From an uncultured bacterium (lineage in GTDB: Bacteria > Planctomycetota > Phycisphaerae > Sedimentisphaerales > Anaerobacaceae), in the NCBI GenBank assembly GCA_965369645.1, contig CBDURK010000001.1:1-24180 (forward strand): a stretch of DNA of 24,180 nucleotides, given 5' to 3'. Positions 1 to 9,682 of this stretch are shown here, piece by piece. Position 1 is the stretch's first letter. Each line of letters starts with the position of its first letter. The position numbers were made by a program, and so were the translations under genes. The notes beneath the pieces are model-generated. The model made no database searches. It was not told the DNA's origin and was given only the letters and a program-made list of their open reading frames with translations.

Positions 1-983
1 TCGGCCTCCTGGGCCTCATCCTCGAAAACGTCTATGATGGCATCTCTGCCGGAAGCTTTGGTTGGAATAAGCTTTTTATCTTTTCGATTTCGGTTAAATG
101 CAATTAAGCTGTCGGCCATCGCAAGGATGTTCGGAGTGCTGCGAAAATTTTCTTCGAGTTTGATGATTACCGCGTCGGGCCAATCCTTTTCAAAGGCCAA
201 AATATTCCGGATGTCAGCCCCCCGCCAACGGTAGATAGACTGGTCAGGGTCGCCGGTTGCGCAAATATTGTTGTGCTGTGAAGCAAGGGCTGTGGCAATT
301 CGATACTGAGCGTGATTTGTGTCCTGATATTCATCGATTAGCAGGAATTTGAAGCGTTCGCCAAGCTCGCGACAAACATCGGGGGAGTTTTGCAGCAAAA
401 AAGCCGTTTTCATTAGTAAGTCATCAAAATCCATGCCGTTTCGCTCACTCAGGATACGCTGATAGCCAAGATATATTGCGGATAATGTGTTAGAAAAAAA
501 ATCGTGTGCATCGTTTTTGAAGGACTCGGCGTCTATAAGCTTGTTTTTCAAAGTGGAAATCACATCAAGCATTCGGGCGGGAGAAAAATTCGTCGTATCA
601 AGTTCGCAATTCTTGACCGCTTGCTTGATACACCTGGCCTGGTCGGAGGAGTCATAGACACTGAAGTTGGATTTGATACCGGCTTTGTCAGCATATTTGC
701 GAAGAATTCTGACACATAAAGAGTGAAAGGTGCTGATATGCGCCCCGGCACAGGCGCCAAGGGTGAATGCTCTTTGGCGCATCTCCTCGGCGGCTTTGTT
801 CGTAAAAGTTATCGCACAAATATTATATGGATGGACACCTGAGTCAATAAGTGACGCGATGCGATATGTGATTACGCGGGTTTTGCCGCTGCCCGGCCCG
901 GCAAGAACAAGAAGCGGCCCTTCAATATGAAGGACAGCTTTTTTCTGAGAAGGAGTTAGTTGTTGCACAAGTGTATCGTCCAT
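1..983 (-). CDS. uvrD: UvrD/PcrA/Rep family ATP-dependent DNA helicase (N-terminal ~327 aa; runs off the left edge)
   Basis: Absent from the ORF track because it is edge-truncated. Manual translation from ATG at 983 gives MDDTLVQQLTPSQKKAV...LVLAGPGSGKT (motif I), ITFTNKAAEEM (Ia), STFHSLC, DFDDLL, LIDEYQDTN (II), GDPDQSIYRWRGA (III) and LEENFRS (IV), all in one frame. Confidence 0.95.
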   Translation of the reverse strand, partial: MDDTLVQQLTPSQKKAVLHIEGPLLVLAGPGSGKTRVITYRIASLIDSGVHPYNICAITFTNKAAEEMRQRAFTLGACAGAHISTFHSLCVRILRKYADKAGIKSNFSVYDSSDQARCIKQAVKNCELDTTNFSPARMLDVISTLKNKLIDAESFKNDAHDFFSNTLSAIYLGYQRILSERNGMDFDDLLMKTAFLLQNSPDVCRELGERFKFLLIDEYQDTNHAQYRIATALASQHNNICATGDPDQSIYRWRGADIRNILAFEKDWPDAVIIKLEENFRSTPNILAMADSLIAFNRNRKDKKLIPTKASGRDAIIDVFEDEAQEA

Positions 984-1029
984 AACAGAAACCAGCCGTA
1001 TCAGAGCGGTGAGCTCATTAGTAGTCGGA

Positions 1030-2817
1030 TTATTTTGTTTGTTCAGATTGCTTCTTAAGTTTTTCTGCTTCGGCTTCTAATTTTTTGAAAAGCTCCGGTT
1101 TTTCGATTCTTATCCGGCCAAGCAGAGTTTGTCTTAAGTGAGGTGGATATAGCTGGTCATTCAGGAAATCAGTCAGTGCAAAGTATCTAAACTGTGGAAG
1201 TGAAGGCAGGTTGATCCTAAATTCAGGATCATCATGTTTTACCTTGTAATAGTTCCATACTTGTTCTGCCATTTTTTCACTATTGAATGAACCGTCATCA
1301 TCACGAATTGCATATAAGTAATAACTGTCCCTTAACATCATAGTTATCATTTCTGTTGCGTCATTTATTCCTATAGCATCGAGTTCCTCTTTGAAGCGTT
1401 CCTTCACATATTCATCGACTATAGGATTTTTAAATTCGTCCAGGGGGTACAGTTGTCTTAGTTGGGTATAAATCTTTTGTGCCTGGCGTTTGTGCCCGGC
1501 ATAATAGAAGGAATTTATGGCATTTTTGAGCATATTGCGGTGACCGTTCTGAAGGGATACAGTACGCTGCTCGTCTCCGTCATCTTTGTATTTTTCGAGA
1601 GTTGTAAGCACTGATGTATTGTACGACTCGAACATCCTCAAATCAGGCCGTAAAAACACTTCTTTAAGTATCCGCTCCTGAGGTTGCTCTGGAGAATCCT
1701 CTGCGGATGGCGGAAGTTGTAACTCGTAGATGAATATTCTGCCGTTACGGAAGAGATCCTGCAAGCTATGAAATACGATTCGATCCGCGTTTGTTTCAGA
1801 TGCATCGATTTCCCTGTCCTGCTCTTGTGCAAGTATTTTAAGGCCCTTGACGGCCCAGTAGATTGCGTGACAATCGGGGTGCCGCCAATCCAGAGGTAAA
1901 TGTGTATTCGGGTCGTTCCAATCAACAGGGCCGTAGGTTCTGTTTAACTCTCTCATTAAAACCGGATCAAGTTTCCATACTTTACGTAACTGCCAGGCCT
2001 TGGCAAAGATATCGAACTTTTCGAGGGCTTCTGTGCCTCTGAAATTGTCTATTGTCTGACCTGCGGCGGGATCAAACCTTTGGGAGTTTTGCCTTAATGA
2101 CAGATAATTGCTCACGAACTCATTATCGTCTGAAAATGCTTCATCGGCTGCTTTTAACGCTGTGATTAACGAGGTCATATTCGGGTCGTTGGAAATTTCC
2201 TGCCAGGAGAGAGGTGCTTCGGCAAGTGCATTGAAATACTGATTATCCGCAGGGCCAAGAAGCGGCTCCATTGACAAAGCCAATTGCAATTTATAGTATT
2301 TATGTGCATCGTCTGATACGCCGCCAATTTTGTGCTGGAATATCCTGCCAAGCTCACGGAAAAGCGTAATATTTTTGAGCTTATATTTGTCGATAGCCTG
2401 GTCACGGATCAGTTCATAACCGTTTCTGACCCATTGCCATCTTTGGTCCGGCTGTGTCTCTGGTATGGCGACCGAGATGTTATAAGCCATATTCCATGCG
2501 TGGAACTCCCAGACCGATGCGAATCGAGGCTGCAGGATGGTTATCCATTCGGCAAGCTGTCTGGCGTCGAAGAACTGGCCTTCCTCTTTTAGTTTATCCG
2601 CCCGCATCCATAAGATATCCACGACCAGGCCGCGAAAGGCTCCGGTTGCAATGGTTGCGAATGCCAGTGAAGGAGGAAGATTTTCAGGCGTGTCGATTAT
2701 CAAATTCATTTCCTGACGCTGGCGATTTATGGAGTCGAGCTGTATGCCGGCACCGATAAATAAACCAACCGCAAGAACTATACAAACAAAACAGATTATT
2801 TTGTCTCGTAAACGCAT
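1030..2817 (-). CDS. Membrane-anchored, largely helical hypothetical protein (PVC-type family usually next to ABC-2 transporters)
   Basis: 595-aa ORF with one N-terminal hydrophobic helix (IICFVCIVLAVGLFIGAGIQL). It carries the Trp/aromatic-rich block GAFRGLVVDILWMRA...ITILQPRFASVWEFHAWNMAYNISV and begins 18 bp after the permease stop. Family assignment is from recall. Confidence 0.75.
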   Translation of the reverse strand: MRLRDKIICFVCIVLAVGLFIGAGIQLDSINRQRQEMNLIIDTPENLPPSLAFATIATGAFRGLVVDILWMRADKLKEEGQFFDARQLAEWITILQPRFASVWEFHAWNMAYNISVAIPETQPDQRWQWVRNGYELIRDQAIDKYKLKNITLFRELGRIFQHKIGGVSDDAHKYYKLQLALSMEPLLGPADNQYFNALAEAPLSWQEISNDPNMTSLITALKAADEAFSDDNEFVSNYLSLRQNSQRFDPAAGQTIDNFRGTEALEKFDIFAKAWQLRKVWKLDPVLMRELNRTYGPVDWNDPNTHLPLDWRHPDCHAIYWAVKGLKILAQEQDREIDASETNADRIVFHSLQDLFRNGRIFIYELQLPPSAEDSPEQPQERILKEVFLRPDLRMFESYNTSVLTTLEKYKDDGDEQRTVSLQNGHRNMLKNAINSFYYAGHKRQAQKIYTQLRQLYPLDEFKNPIVDEYVKERFKEELDAIGINDATEMITMMLRDSYYLYAIRDDDGSFNSEKMAEQVWNYYKVKHDDPEFRINLPSLPQFRYFALTDFLNDQLYPPHLRQTLLGRIRIEKPELFKKLEAEAEKLKKQSEQTK

Positions 2818-2835
2818 AAAAACCGTAAAAATGAA

Positions 2836-4191
2836 CTACACAATAATTTTTGCAATTTCCCGATAGCTGAAAATAATTAAGGCAAGGACCAGCAATAAAA
2901 GTGATTTGATACAAACCATGACAATGGCGCACCTGACTAATACCGACCAGCTTAATAATAGGCCGGGAACCATGAACCTGGTAGGATTGTATTTGTCAAA
3001 TTGCGGTAAAAGCCTGACCATCCACTGGATAGTATAAGTGTAAATCACACTAACATTTTCACTTAGAAAGCCGAATGATTCCATAACAAAGCCGCTGAAG
3101 CACGACGTTGAAAAAAGTACAAGGCAGAGCAGTATAGCCACAGGGAAAGACAAAAAAGTCGAGGCAAATGTGCCCAGACATGCCAGGAAAATCAAGCGAA
3201 ACAGTATTAGAAAAGTAACTCTTATGAAATTGCTTGTGAAAGTATCCGCCTTATAAAGCACTTCTATGCCGTCAGGCGGAAAGAATATGACTGTGCTGTT
3301 TAGCGGATAGTTCTGGAATGCTACAGCCAGATGGCCATGTTCAGGTATGACATTGGCAGGGATTACTATTTCGTGAAAATCCCGAACTGAGTTTTTATGG
3401 ACACGGTCGTAAATGGGAGTTTCGCTTTCAGTGCCATACTTGATATATTGATAGTCGCCTGCAACCCATCTGCCAAGGACCTGCATATCGGGCGGATTAA
3501 CCGCGACGTCGTATTTGAATCTTATAAAGAAATTTTGGGCAAGAGACTTAACGTTATCGAATTCCCATGTCAGTACCTGGCCGACATCGGCAGCTCGGTT
3601 AGCCAGTTGTTTTTGCATGGTGATCCGGGTAATGATTTCCTCATACGAGACATCTTCAGGTAACTCGTTACTTCTTTCAAGTTTCTTGTAAGTATCCTCG
3701 ACCTCCTGGGAAACATCGATGGCTGGGACAGTCAGAGATGCCCTTGCAGTAAAAAACTCGTAGTTGGCCTGCATCAGTTCAAACTCAGATGCCTTGGTGA
3801 ATTTCGGCATGTAAATAGTAATTGTGTATATTATCGCTGCAAACAAACTGAGCAAAACCACATCTAATAATATTACTCCGAGCAGTTTGCCCAGAAGAAA
3901 CTCAAATCGGCGAATTGGTTTTGTGATAACTGTATATATCTGTCTTTGCTCAATGTCGCTGGTTACTGTGTAAATGGAGATTATTATCGTGAGTAAACTG
4001 AGTAAAATGCTGGTCAGTGAAAGGCCGTAGCTTACGAAGGTTTGCAGTCTGCCTTTTAAGGTTCCATCGCCTGTGGAAGAAAAACCCAAAACAGAAAGAA
4101 GGACAAGCAGCAGGATTAGGAAAACAGCGGCAACCTTCATCCGCAAAGCCTGCTTTATAGTATTTGTGGCGACAGCCCAGATACTACGCAT
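2836..4191 (-). CDS. ABC-2 type transporter permease with large extracytoplasmic domain
   Basis: Starts MRSIWAVATNTIKQALR and contains the ABC-2 motif SDIEQRQIYTVITKPIRRFEFLLGKLLG. Three N-terminal TMs, a ~190-aa soluble insert, then C-terminal TMs. The start overlaps the ATPase stop by 8 nt. Confidence 0.88.
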   Translation of the reverse strand: MRSIWAVATNTIKQALRMKVAAVFLILLLVLLSVLGFSSTGDGTLKGRLQTFVSYGLSLTSILLSLLTIIISIYTVTSDIEQRQIYTVITKPIRRFEFLLGKLLGVILLDVVLLSLFAAIIYTITIYMPKFTKASEFELMQANYEFFTARASLTVPAIDVSQEVEDTYKKLERSNELPEDVSYEEIITRITMQKQLANRAADVGQVLTWEFDNVKSLAQNFFIRFKYDVAVNPPDMQVLGRWVAGDYQYIKYGTESETPIYDRVHKNSVRDFHEIVIPANVIPEHGHLAVAFQNYPLNSTVIFFPPDGIEVLYKADTFTSNFIRVTFLILFRLIFLACLGTFASTFLSFPVAILLCLVLFSTSCFSGFVMESFGFLSENVSVIYTYTIQWMVRLLPQFDKYNPTRFMVPGLLLSWSVLVRCAIVMVCIKSLLLLVLALIIFSYREIAKIIV

Positions 4192-5422
4192 CGCCTACCT
4201 CTCCTGCCTGTGAGTTATCAGTTGGCTCTTTGTCCTGGCCCTGGGTGGATTTCTTGTCTGTGAGCTGGTCCAAAATGCTTTTGTTGACTTGCCTGGGCTC
4301 AGGGGCCTGGGATTTGACCGGTTGTGTTGTAATTTCTTCGCTTCTGACAGAGGCTTCGGGCTCGGTCGAGTCGGTCAGTTTACTTAGCAGTTGTTCAGCG
4401 GGTTCAGGTTCGGCACTTTCGACAGGAATCACCTTTTCTGTTGCCGGGGGTTCCGCCGGGGCGCCCTGTGATACCGGTTCAGAGACAAGTTTATCGAGTA
4501 TATCTTCCGTAACGGTTTGCTTTGTAAGAAAATCGCCGATTTTTGTAGTGCTGACGGCGCCACTTGTAGTCTGTGACTGTTGTTGAGCGGCCGCCACTGT
4601 TTTGATAAAAAATGTTTCGAGTTTATCCATCGGAGAGGTTACCACACACTCGGAATTTTCTTCATGAATTAACTGCTTTATTTTCTCAATGGTGGCATCG
4701 CTTATGGCATCGGCGGTAATTTGCCTTTTATTTGTCTGCTGTAAGAGGTCACTGACCTGACCCTGGGTCTGGATTTTACCGCCGTAAAGAATTGCAATTC
4801 TGTCGCATACATCTTCGACGTCTGCAAGCAGATGGCTGCAAAGTAAAATTGTCTTGCCGCGTTCGGCAAGTTTCAGCATTAAATCCTTTATCTGTCTTGT
4901 TCCAATGGGGTCAAGCCCGGTTGTCGGTTCATCCAGTATAAGTAAGTCGGGGTCGTTTATCAGTGCTTGTGCAAGGCCGATTCGGCGGGCCATACCTTTC
5001 GAAAACGTTCCGACCGGCCTGTTGGCGACAGCCATTAATCCGACCATATCGAGCAGAGCTTCGATACGCATTTTTCGCACTTTGGCCGGCAGGCCGAATA
5101 ATCTGCCGTAAAAATCCAGAGTTTCGCGGGCATTCAGATACTTGTATAGATAAGATTCTTCGGGTAAAAAACCGATTCTGGAGTTGATTTGAGAGTCTGT
5201 TCCATCACCGCCGAGAATTAATGCCTTTCCCTTCGTGGGATGAAGCAGTCCTAAGAGCATTTTTATAGTTGTAGTTTTCCCCGAGCCGTTGGGGCCTAAA
5301 AGACCGAAAACTTCGTTATAACGTACCTGTAAATCCAGGTCATCCACAGCATAAACCCTGGCCCGTCCCCACCAGTCGGAAAAAATCTTGGTCAGGGAGA
5401 AGGTTTCAACAGCATATTCCAT
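4184..5422 (-). CDS. ABC transporter ATP-binding protein with long low-complexity C-terminal tail
   Basis: Walker A GPNGSGKT, signature FSKGM, Walker B LLILDEPT and H-loop LCSH. The start was moved from the track's 5521 (which overlaps the P1B gene) to ATG 5422 (MEYAVET...); ATG 5434 is an alternative. Confidence 0.92.
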   Translation of the reverse strand: MEYAVETFSLTKIFSDWWGRARVYAVDDLDLQVRYNEVFGLLGPNGSGKTTTIKMLLGLLHPTKGKALILGGDGTDSQINSRIGFLPEESYLYKYLNARETLDFYGRLFGLPAKVRKMRIEALLDMVGLMAVANRPVGTFSKGMARRIGLAQALINDPDLLILDEPTTGLDPIGTRQIKDLMLKLAERGKTILLCSHLLADVEDVCDRIAILYGGKIQTQGQVSDLLQQTNKRQITADAISDATIEKIKQLIHEENSECVVTSPMDKLETFFIKTVAAAQQQSQTTSGAVSTTKIGDFLTKQTVTEDILDKLVSEPVSQGAPAEPPATEKVIPVESAEPEPAEQLLSKLTDSTEPEASVRSEEITTQPVKSQAPEPRQVNKSILDQLTDKKSTQGQDKEPTDNSQAGEVGDA

Positions 5423-5459
5423 ATTTTTTATCATGTTGCTTATTACCGGGTTTTTGCCA

Positions 5460-7385
5460 TTATATTTCGTGGTCAAGGTCTTCGCCGAAGCGGACAAGTC
5501 GAGCACTGTTAAAGACGACAATCAGTGAGCCGGCAAAATGCAAAGCCGCTGCATAGACAGCCGGCAGCCATCCGGCCGCTCCTGCGGTGTCACCAAGAAT
5601 GACAAATAATATTCCAAAACCGAGATTCTGAGTAATAACTTTTCTTGTTTTTCGAGAAAGCTGGACAAGGAAAGGCAGCCGCCTCAAATCGTCGCTCATC
5701 AGGGCAATTGAAGCGGAATTAATAGCTACGTCGCTGCCTGCCGCACCCATAGCAATACCCAGGTCACCTGCCGCTAATGCAGGTGCATCGTTTATGCCGT
5801 CTCCGACAACGACAACCGTATGGCCGTCTTTTTTAATCTGCTCGACAATCGCTAATTTGTCATGAGGCAAACAATGTGCCTTGAAATCGGTACAACTCAG
5901 TTCGGCGGCAACACGGCTGGCAACTTCATTCCGGTCACCGGTAAGCATAGTTATTCTTTTTATGCCCACATCGATCAGTTCCTTAACGGCTTGCCTGGCT
6001 TCGGGTCTGGTTTTGTCCTGCAAGCCAATCCAGCCGATGCACCTCGAATCTTTTGCTACATAAAGGGTACTAAAACCCTGCTCCTCGTGCAGGGCCGGGT
6101 CGGAAACATTACTTACATCAATGTTGTTTTCCTTGAGGAATGTATCTCTTCCGACAAAAATTGTGGATGAATCGATAACTGCAGTTACGCCTTTACCCGG
6201 CGTTTCTTTGAAGTTATTCGTTTCAGGTAAAGATAGGTTTGCTTCCTTTGCCACTTCCCTGAGTGCCTTTGCGGCCGGGTGTTTACTCATCTGCTCGGCA
6301 GAAGCTGCAGCCGCTAATAATTCAGCCGGCTCGATACCCTCAGAAGGCGTGAGTTTTGTTACATATAAACGGCCGGTAGTTAACGTTCCTGTTTTGTCGA
6401 ACACCATCGCCGTCATCTTGCCGGCAATCTCGAGGTCGGCGACATTCTTTATCAGAATACCAAGACGGGCAGAAGCGGAAATAGCCGCCACCATCGCCGT
6501 CGGTGTAGCCAGAATCAACGCGCAGGGACACGAGACAACAAGTATCGTAATAGCCCTGTCTATATCACGGGTGAAGAACAGAACTATACCGGCAATCATC
6601 AGGATTGTTGGTGTGTACCACTTAACATTTTGGTCAATTATCCGCATAATCGGTATCTTCGTTTGTTCAGCCTGCATAATAAGCGACTGAACCTTACCGA
6701 GAGTTGTGTCTTTACCGGCTTTGGTTACTGTAATATCAAGTACGCCTGTAAGGTTGTTCGTACCGGCAAAAACCTGCATCCCCGGGACCTTATCGACGGG
6801 CAGAGATTCACCTGTTATTGTTGCCTCGTTAACGGAGCTAAGGCCTTTTATAACTTCACCATCGGCCGGTATATTGTCACCGGGGCGGGTGCGGATGCAA
6901 TCGCCGGTTTTTAAGCTGCTTACTTTAACTTCTCTTTCAGAACCATCACTGTCGAGGATGTTTGCTTTCGTAGGTGTGAGCTTTATCAGAGATTCGATTG
7001 AGGCGCGTGCCCCGAGGGCGGTACGTGTTTCAATTAGCTCGCTGAGGAGCATAAAGAACGCGACGATACCTGCCGTGACGTAGTCCTGCGTTGCAAAGGC
7101 TGCTATTATGGCCAGTGCAACCAGTTCATCCATATGTGCATGCCCCTGAACAAGACTTTTTATTGCATGAAAGACGATGGGAGCACCGAGCAGTATAGCA
7201 CCGGCCATTGCAAGAAACTCAGCGTTGAAGCTGCTGCTGCCGTAAATGAGCTTCGCGATGCCGCTGTTTATCAGCAGCATTCCGCCGGCTAACGTTCCTA
7301 ACAGTGCAATACTAACGCGAATCTGCTTGCCGTGAGTGTGCTCGGCGGCGATGTCATCCTGAAAATGTAAATGTTGGTGAGCCAT
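5460..7385 (-). CDS. Heavy-metal-translocating P1B-type ATPase (CPC type, no N-terminal HMA domain, short His-rich N-terminus)
   Basis: TGES actuator motif, SCPC (C286/C288), DKTGT (D330), HP motif (SKHP) and GDGINDAP. N-terminus is MAHQHLHFQDDIAAEHTHG. Confidence 0.95.
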   Translation of the reverse strand: MAHQHLHFQDDIAAEHTHGKQIRVSIALLGTLAGGMLLINSGIAKLIYGSSSFNAEFLAMAGAILLGAPIVFHAIKSLVQGHAHMDELVALAIIAAFATQDYVTAGIVAFFMLLSELIETRTALGARASIESLIKLTPTKANILDSDGSEREVKVSSLKTGDCIRTRPGDNIPADGEVIKGLSSVNEATITGESLPVDKVPGMQVFAGTNNLTGVLDITVTKAGKDTTLGKVQSLIMQAEQTKIPIMRIIDQNVKWYTPTILMIAGIVLFFTRDIDRAITILVVSCPCALILATPTAMVAAISASARLGILIKNVADLEIAGKMTAMVFDKTGTLTTGRLYVTKLTPSEGIEPAELLAAAASAEQMSKHPAAKALREVAKEANLSLPETNNFKETPGKGVTAVIDSSTIFVGRDTFLKENNIDVSNVSDPALHEEQGFSTLYVAKDSRCIGWIGLQDKTRPEARQAVKELIDVGIKRITMLTGDRNEVASRVAAELSCTDFKAHCLPHDKLAIVEQIKKDGHTVVVVGDGINDAPALAAGDLGIAMGAAGSDVAINSASIALMSDDLRRLPFLVQLSRKTRKVITQNLGFGILFVILGDTAGAAGWLPAVYAAALHFAGSLIVVFNSARLVRFGEDLDHEI

Positions 7386-7436
7386 AATTTCGTATCTTTT
7401 TCGTTTTTTTCTTGAATATTAAGATTCAGCTAATTC

Positions 7437-8738
7437 TTAATCCTCTTGTGTCGTTTGCTGTTTGTTGGTTTTCGACTTTAACGTGGGGTCTCTGTTTATC
7501 AGAATTCGCCATTCCGCACCCTTAGGAATGATAAATTTCTCATCAACATTGTTGAAAATGCGTTCTATTGCGTCCTGATAGAGCTTCTGGATAACAAGCT
7601 CCGGATGTTTGCGATATTCGGGAAGCAATTCCTTGAGATATTCGGCATTGGCTCTGGCATTTGCTACAACTTTAGATTGGTAGGACCTTGCCTGGGAGAT
7701 TTTCTCTTGAGCTGTACCTGCCAATTGAGACCACAATAACTCCTTTTCTTCTTCACTGACGGTATCATCCTTTAGGGCCGCAAATAATTTTTCTGCCACC
7801 GGCCCGGCAGCCTCATTCAGAGTGCTTTCAGCATAACCCCGGGCGGCATTTATAGATGTTTGACGATCCTGACTGGCAGTTGCTAATGCCTGAAACTCTG
7901 CATCGACCTGCCGTGGCCAGGTCTTTTCCGTAAGCTGTACCTGTACAACTTTTAAGCCGCTTTCTATCGTGTTGAGTTTTTCCTGTACCAATTTTTTGAT
8001 ATGTTCCGTTAACCGGGCGACTTGCTGGTACATAATATCGTCGATAGTATAGCTCACTGTTGCGGTTACTATCGCATCTTCAAAGATATTTTGCAAAAGC
8101 AGTGTTATACTTTCTATTACAACATCAAGGTAAATATCACCCGGCTTTACATCTTCGACGTAAATATTCTTAAAGAACCGTACGGGATCATCAATCTGAT
8201 AGGTTAGCCGCCACTTGCAATGGACGATATTGTAGTCACTACCACTCGATCCTGATATCGTCTCATCCGGTTTTTCACTTCGCGTAATACAATAACCGTC
8301 TTTTACGGGGTCCAGTTCGGGCAGGAATCTGGTCTTTTGGATAGAGGGATCCATAAGCATTTCCTCTTTACTTTGGTAATACCAAAAAGACCTTATGGCC
8401 AAATCAATTTTCTTCTCTACAGGGATTTTTACCATTCTTTCCACCGGATATGGGATTATCCAGTACGGCCAGGTCCTGGGCTTGAGAACTCTGCCCTCGC
8501 CAACTCCGCGAATCTTTCCAAATCTTAAAACAAGAGCCTGTTCGTCGGAACCAACCGTTTTAAAACCGGAGGCCAGAAACGCAAGGATAAGCACCGCCAT
8601 TATAACTTTCAGAATGACGAAGCTGATTCCCAATGCTTCTGATAGTGACTTGCCGGCAGCATCAAGTTCTACGGGTTTGGATTTATCTGGTGTCTGTGGT
8701 TGTAAATCCTTATCACTTTTTTTATCTTCTTCAGCCAT
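7437..8738 (-). CDS. hflK: HflK-like SPFH/Band 7 membrane protein
   Basis: Single TM followed by VGSDEQALVLRFG, TYQIDDP and KVVQVQL...WPRQVDAEF. The HflK-type coiled coil ends LLPEYRKHPELVIQKLYQDAIERIF. Confidence 0.85.
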   Translation of the reverse strand: MAEEDKKSDKDLQPQTPDKSKPVELDAAGKSLSEALGISFVILKVIMAVLILAFLASGFKTVGSDEQALVLRFGKIRGVGEGRVLKPRTWPYWIIPYPVERMVKIPVEKKIDLAIRSFWYYQSKEEMLMDPSIQKTRFLPELDPVKDGYCITRSEKPDETISGSSGSDYNIVHCKWRLTYQIDDPVRFFKNIYVEDVKPGDIYLDVVIESITLLLQNIFEDAIVTATVSYTIDDIMYQQVARLTEHIKKLVQEKLNTIESGLKVVQVQLTEKTWPRQVDAEFQALATASQDRQTSINAARGYAESTLNEAAGPVAEKLFAALKDDTVSEEEKELLWSQLAGTAQEKISQARSYQSKVVANARANAEYLKELLPEYRKHPELVIQKLYQDAIERIFNNVDEKFIIPKGAEWRILINRDPTLKSKTNKQQTTQED

Positions 8739-8788
8739 AATCTTGCGTAACTTTTATTTCATTTCGAACAATAAAATTTACATTATTC

Positions 8789-9682
8789 TTACTGTTTAGG
8801 TTTCAGGGACGGGGCTTCCTTTAAAAGTTTGAAAGGTTCCGAATCGGCCGGAATAACGATAGTTGAACGTTCCTTTAACATCTTTTCCAGGCTGTCGATA
8901 TTACGTAGAAACATTGCGAGTTCAGGATCTTCTTCCAGCATTTTATAATGTTTCGCGGCTTCAGCATCACCCTGCCCTCGTATAGCCAGGGCTCTTGCCT
9001 CTGCGGTGGTACGCAGAACATCCTTTTTATAATTAGCCTCGCCTTTTATCCTGGTTGCCTGGCCCTGGCCCTCGGAAATGGTAGCTTTGGTCCGGAGGTT
9101 TCTGGCAGCTTTCATCCGTTCGAACACTTTCACTGTGACAACTTTATTGACTTTAAGCTGTTTTATACCGAGAGTCTTGATTTCAATGCCGTATTCGTTG
9201 CTCAGGGTTTGTTCAAGGTCTGCGAGCATTTCGGCTTCAATTTCCTTGAATTTTATTTTAGCCGGGTCGCTGTTCACAAATTCGCCGAAGGAATGCTGGC
9301 CGATTACCCTGTTTTGAGTGTCGGTAATCTGGCTGTATAGTTTGACTTCGGCCTCCTTGACAGTGCTAACGGAATTCAGGAATTTCAAAGGCTCGGCAAT
9401 TCTCCAGACTACATAAGTATTTACTATAATCGGCACAGCGCCTTTTGTATTAGTTTCTCCGAGGTCGGCCTCAAAAACGTGCATTCTGGAGTCAAACTTG
9501 TGTACACGCTCTATCGGGGCCGGCAACTTGAAACATAGTTTTGGTTCGGTGATTGTGCGTACAGGTTTACCGAATCTCGTTACTAACGCTGATTCGGTCT
9601 CTCTGACCTGAAAAGCAATCAGATACAAACCCATAATTAAAATAACTAATGCGATAAAAATTGTAATGACTATATTTTTCAT
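8789..9682 (-). CDS. hflC: HflC-like SPFH/Band 7 membrane protein
   Basis: N-terminal TM, then FQVRETESALVTRFGKP, VVWRIAEPLKF, YGIEI...IKQL, VFERMKAAR, RGQGDAEAAKHY and DPELAMFLRNIDSLE, all characteristic of HflC. The start overlaps the upstream stop (TAATG at 9682). Confidence 0.9.
   Translation of the reverse strand: MKNIVITIFIALVILIMGLYLIAFQVRETESALVTRFGKPVRTITEPKLCFKLPAPIERVHKFDSRMHVFEADLGETNTKGAVPIIVNTYVVWRIAEPLKFLNSVSTVKEAEVKLYSQITDTQNRVIGQHSFGEFVNSDPAKIKFKEIEAEMLADLEQTLSNEYGIEIKTLGIKQLKVNKVVTVKVFERMKAARNLRTKATISEGQGQATRIKGEANYKKDVLRTTAEARALAIRGQGDAEAAKHYKMLEEDPELAMFLRNIDSLEKMLKERSTIVIPADSEPFKLLKEAPSLKPKQ

Noticed and set aside
1-1029. UvrD helicase as a functional member of the SPFH/P1B/ABC system (46-bp gap, same strand)
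   Set aside because: It is an ordinary housekeeping helicase with no visible mechanistic link. Co-transcription is possible, but only synteny could support more.
5423-5521. N-terminal extension of the ABC ATPase in the ORF track (445 aa)
   Set aside because: It overlaps the P1B-ATPase 3' end by 62 nt and has no NBD-like sequence. ATG 5422 or 5434 gives a normal start.
6121-6690. 189-aa plus-strand ORF (and similar 125-140 aa ORFs at 4164, 6706, 8395 and 8948)
   Set aside because: Antisense shadows of well-supported genes with no recognisable motifs.
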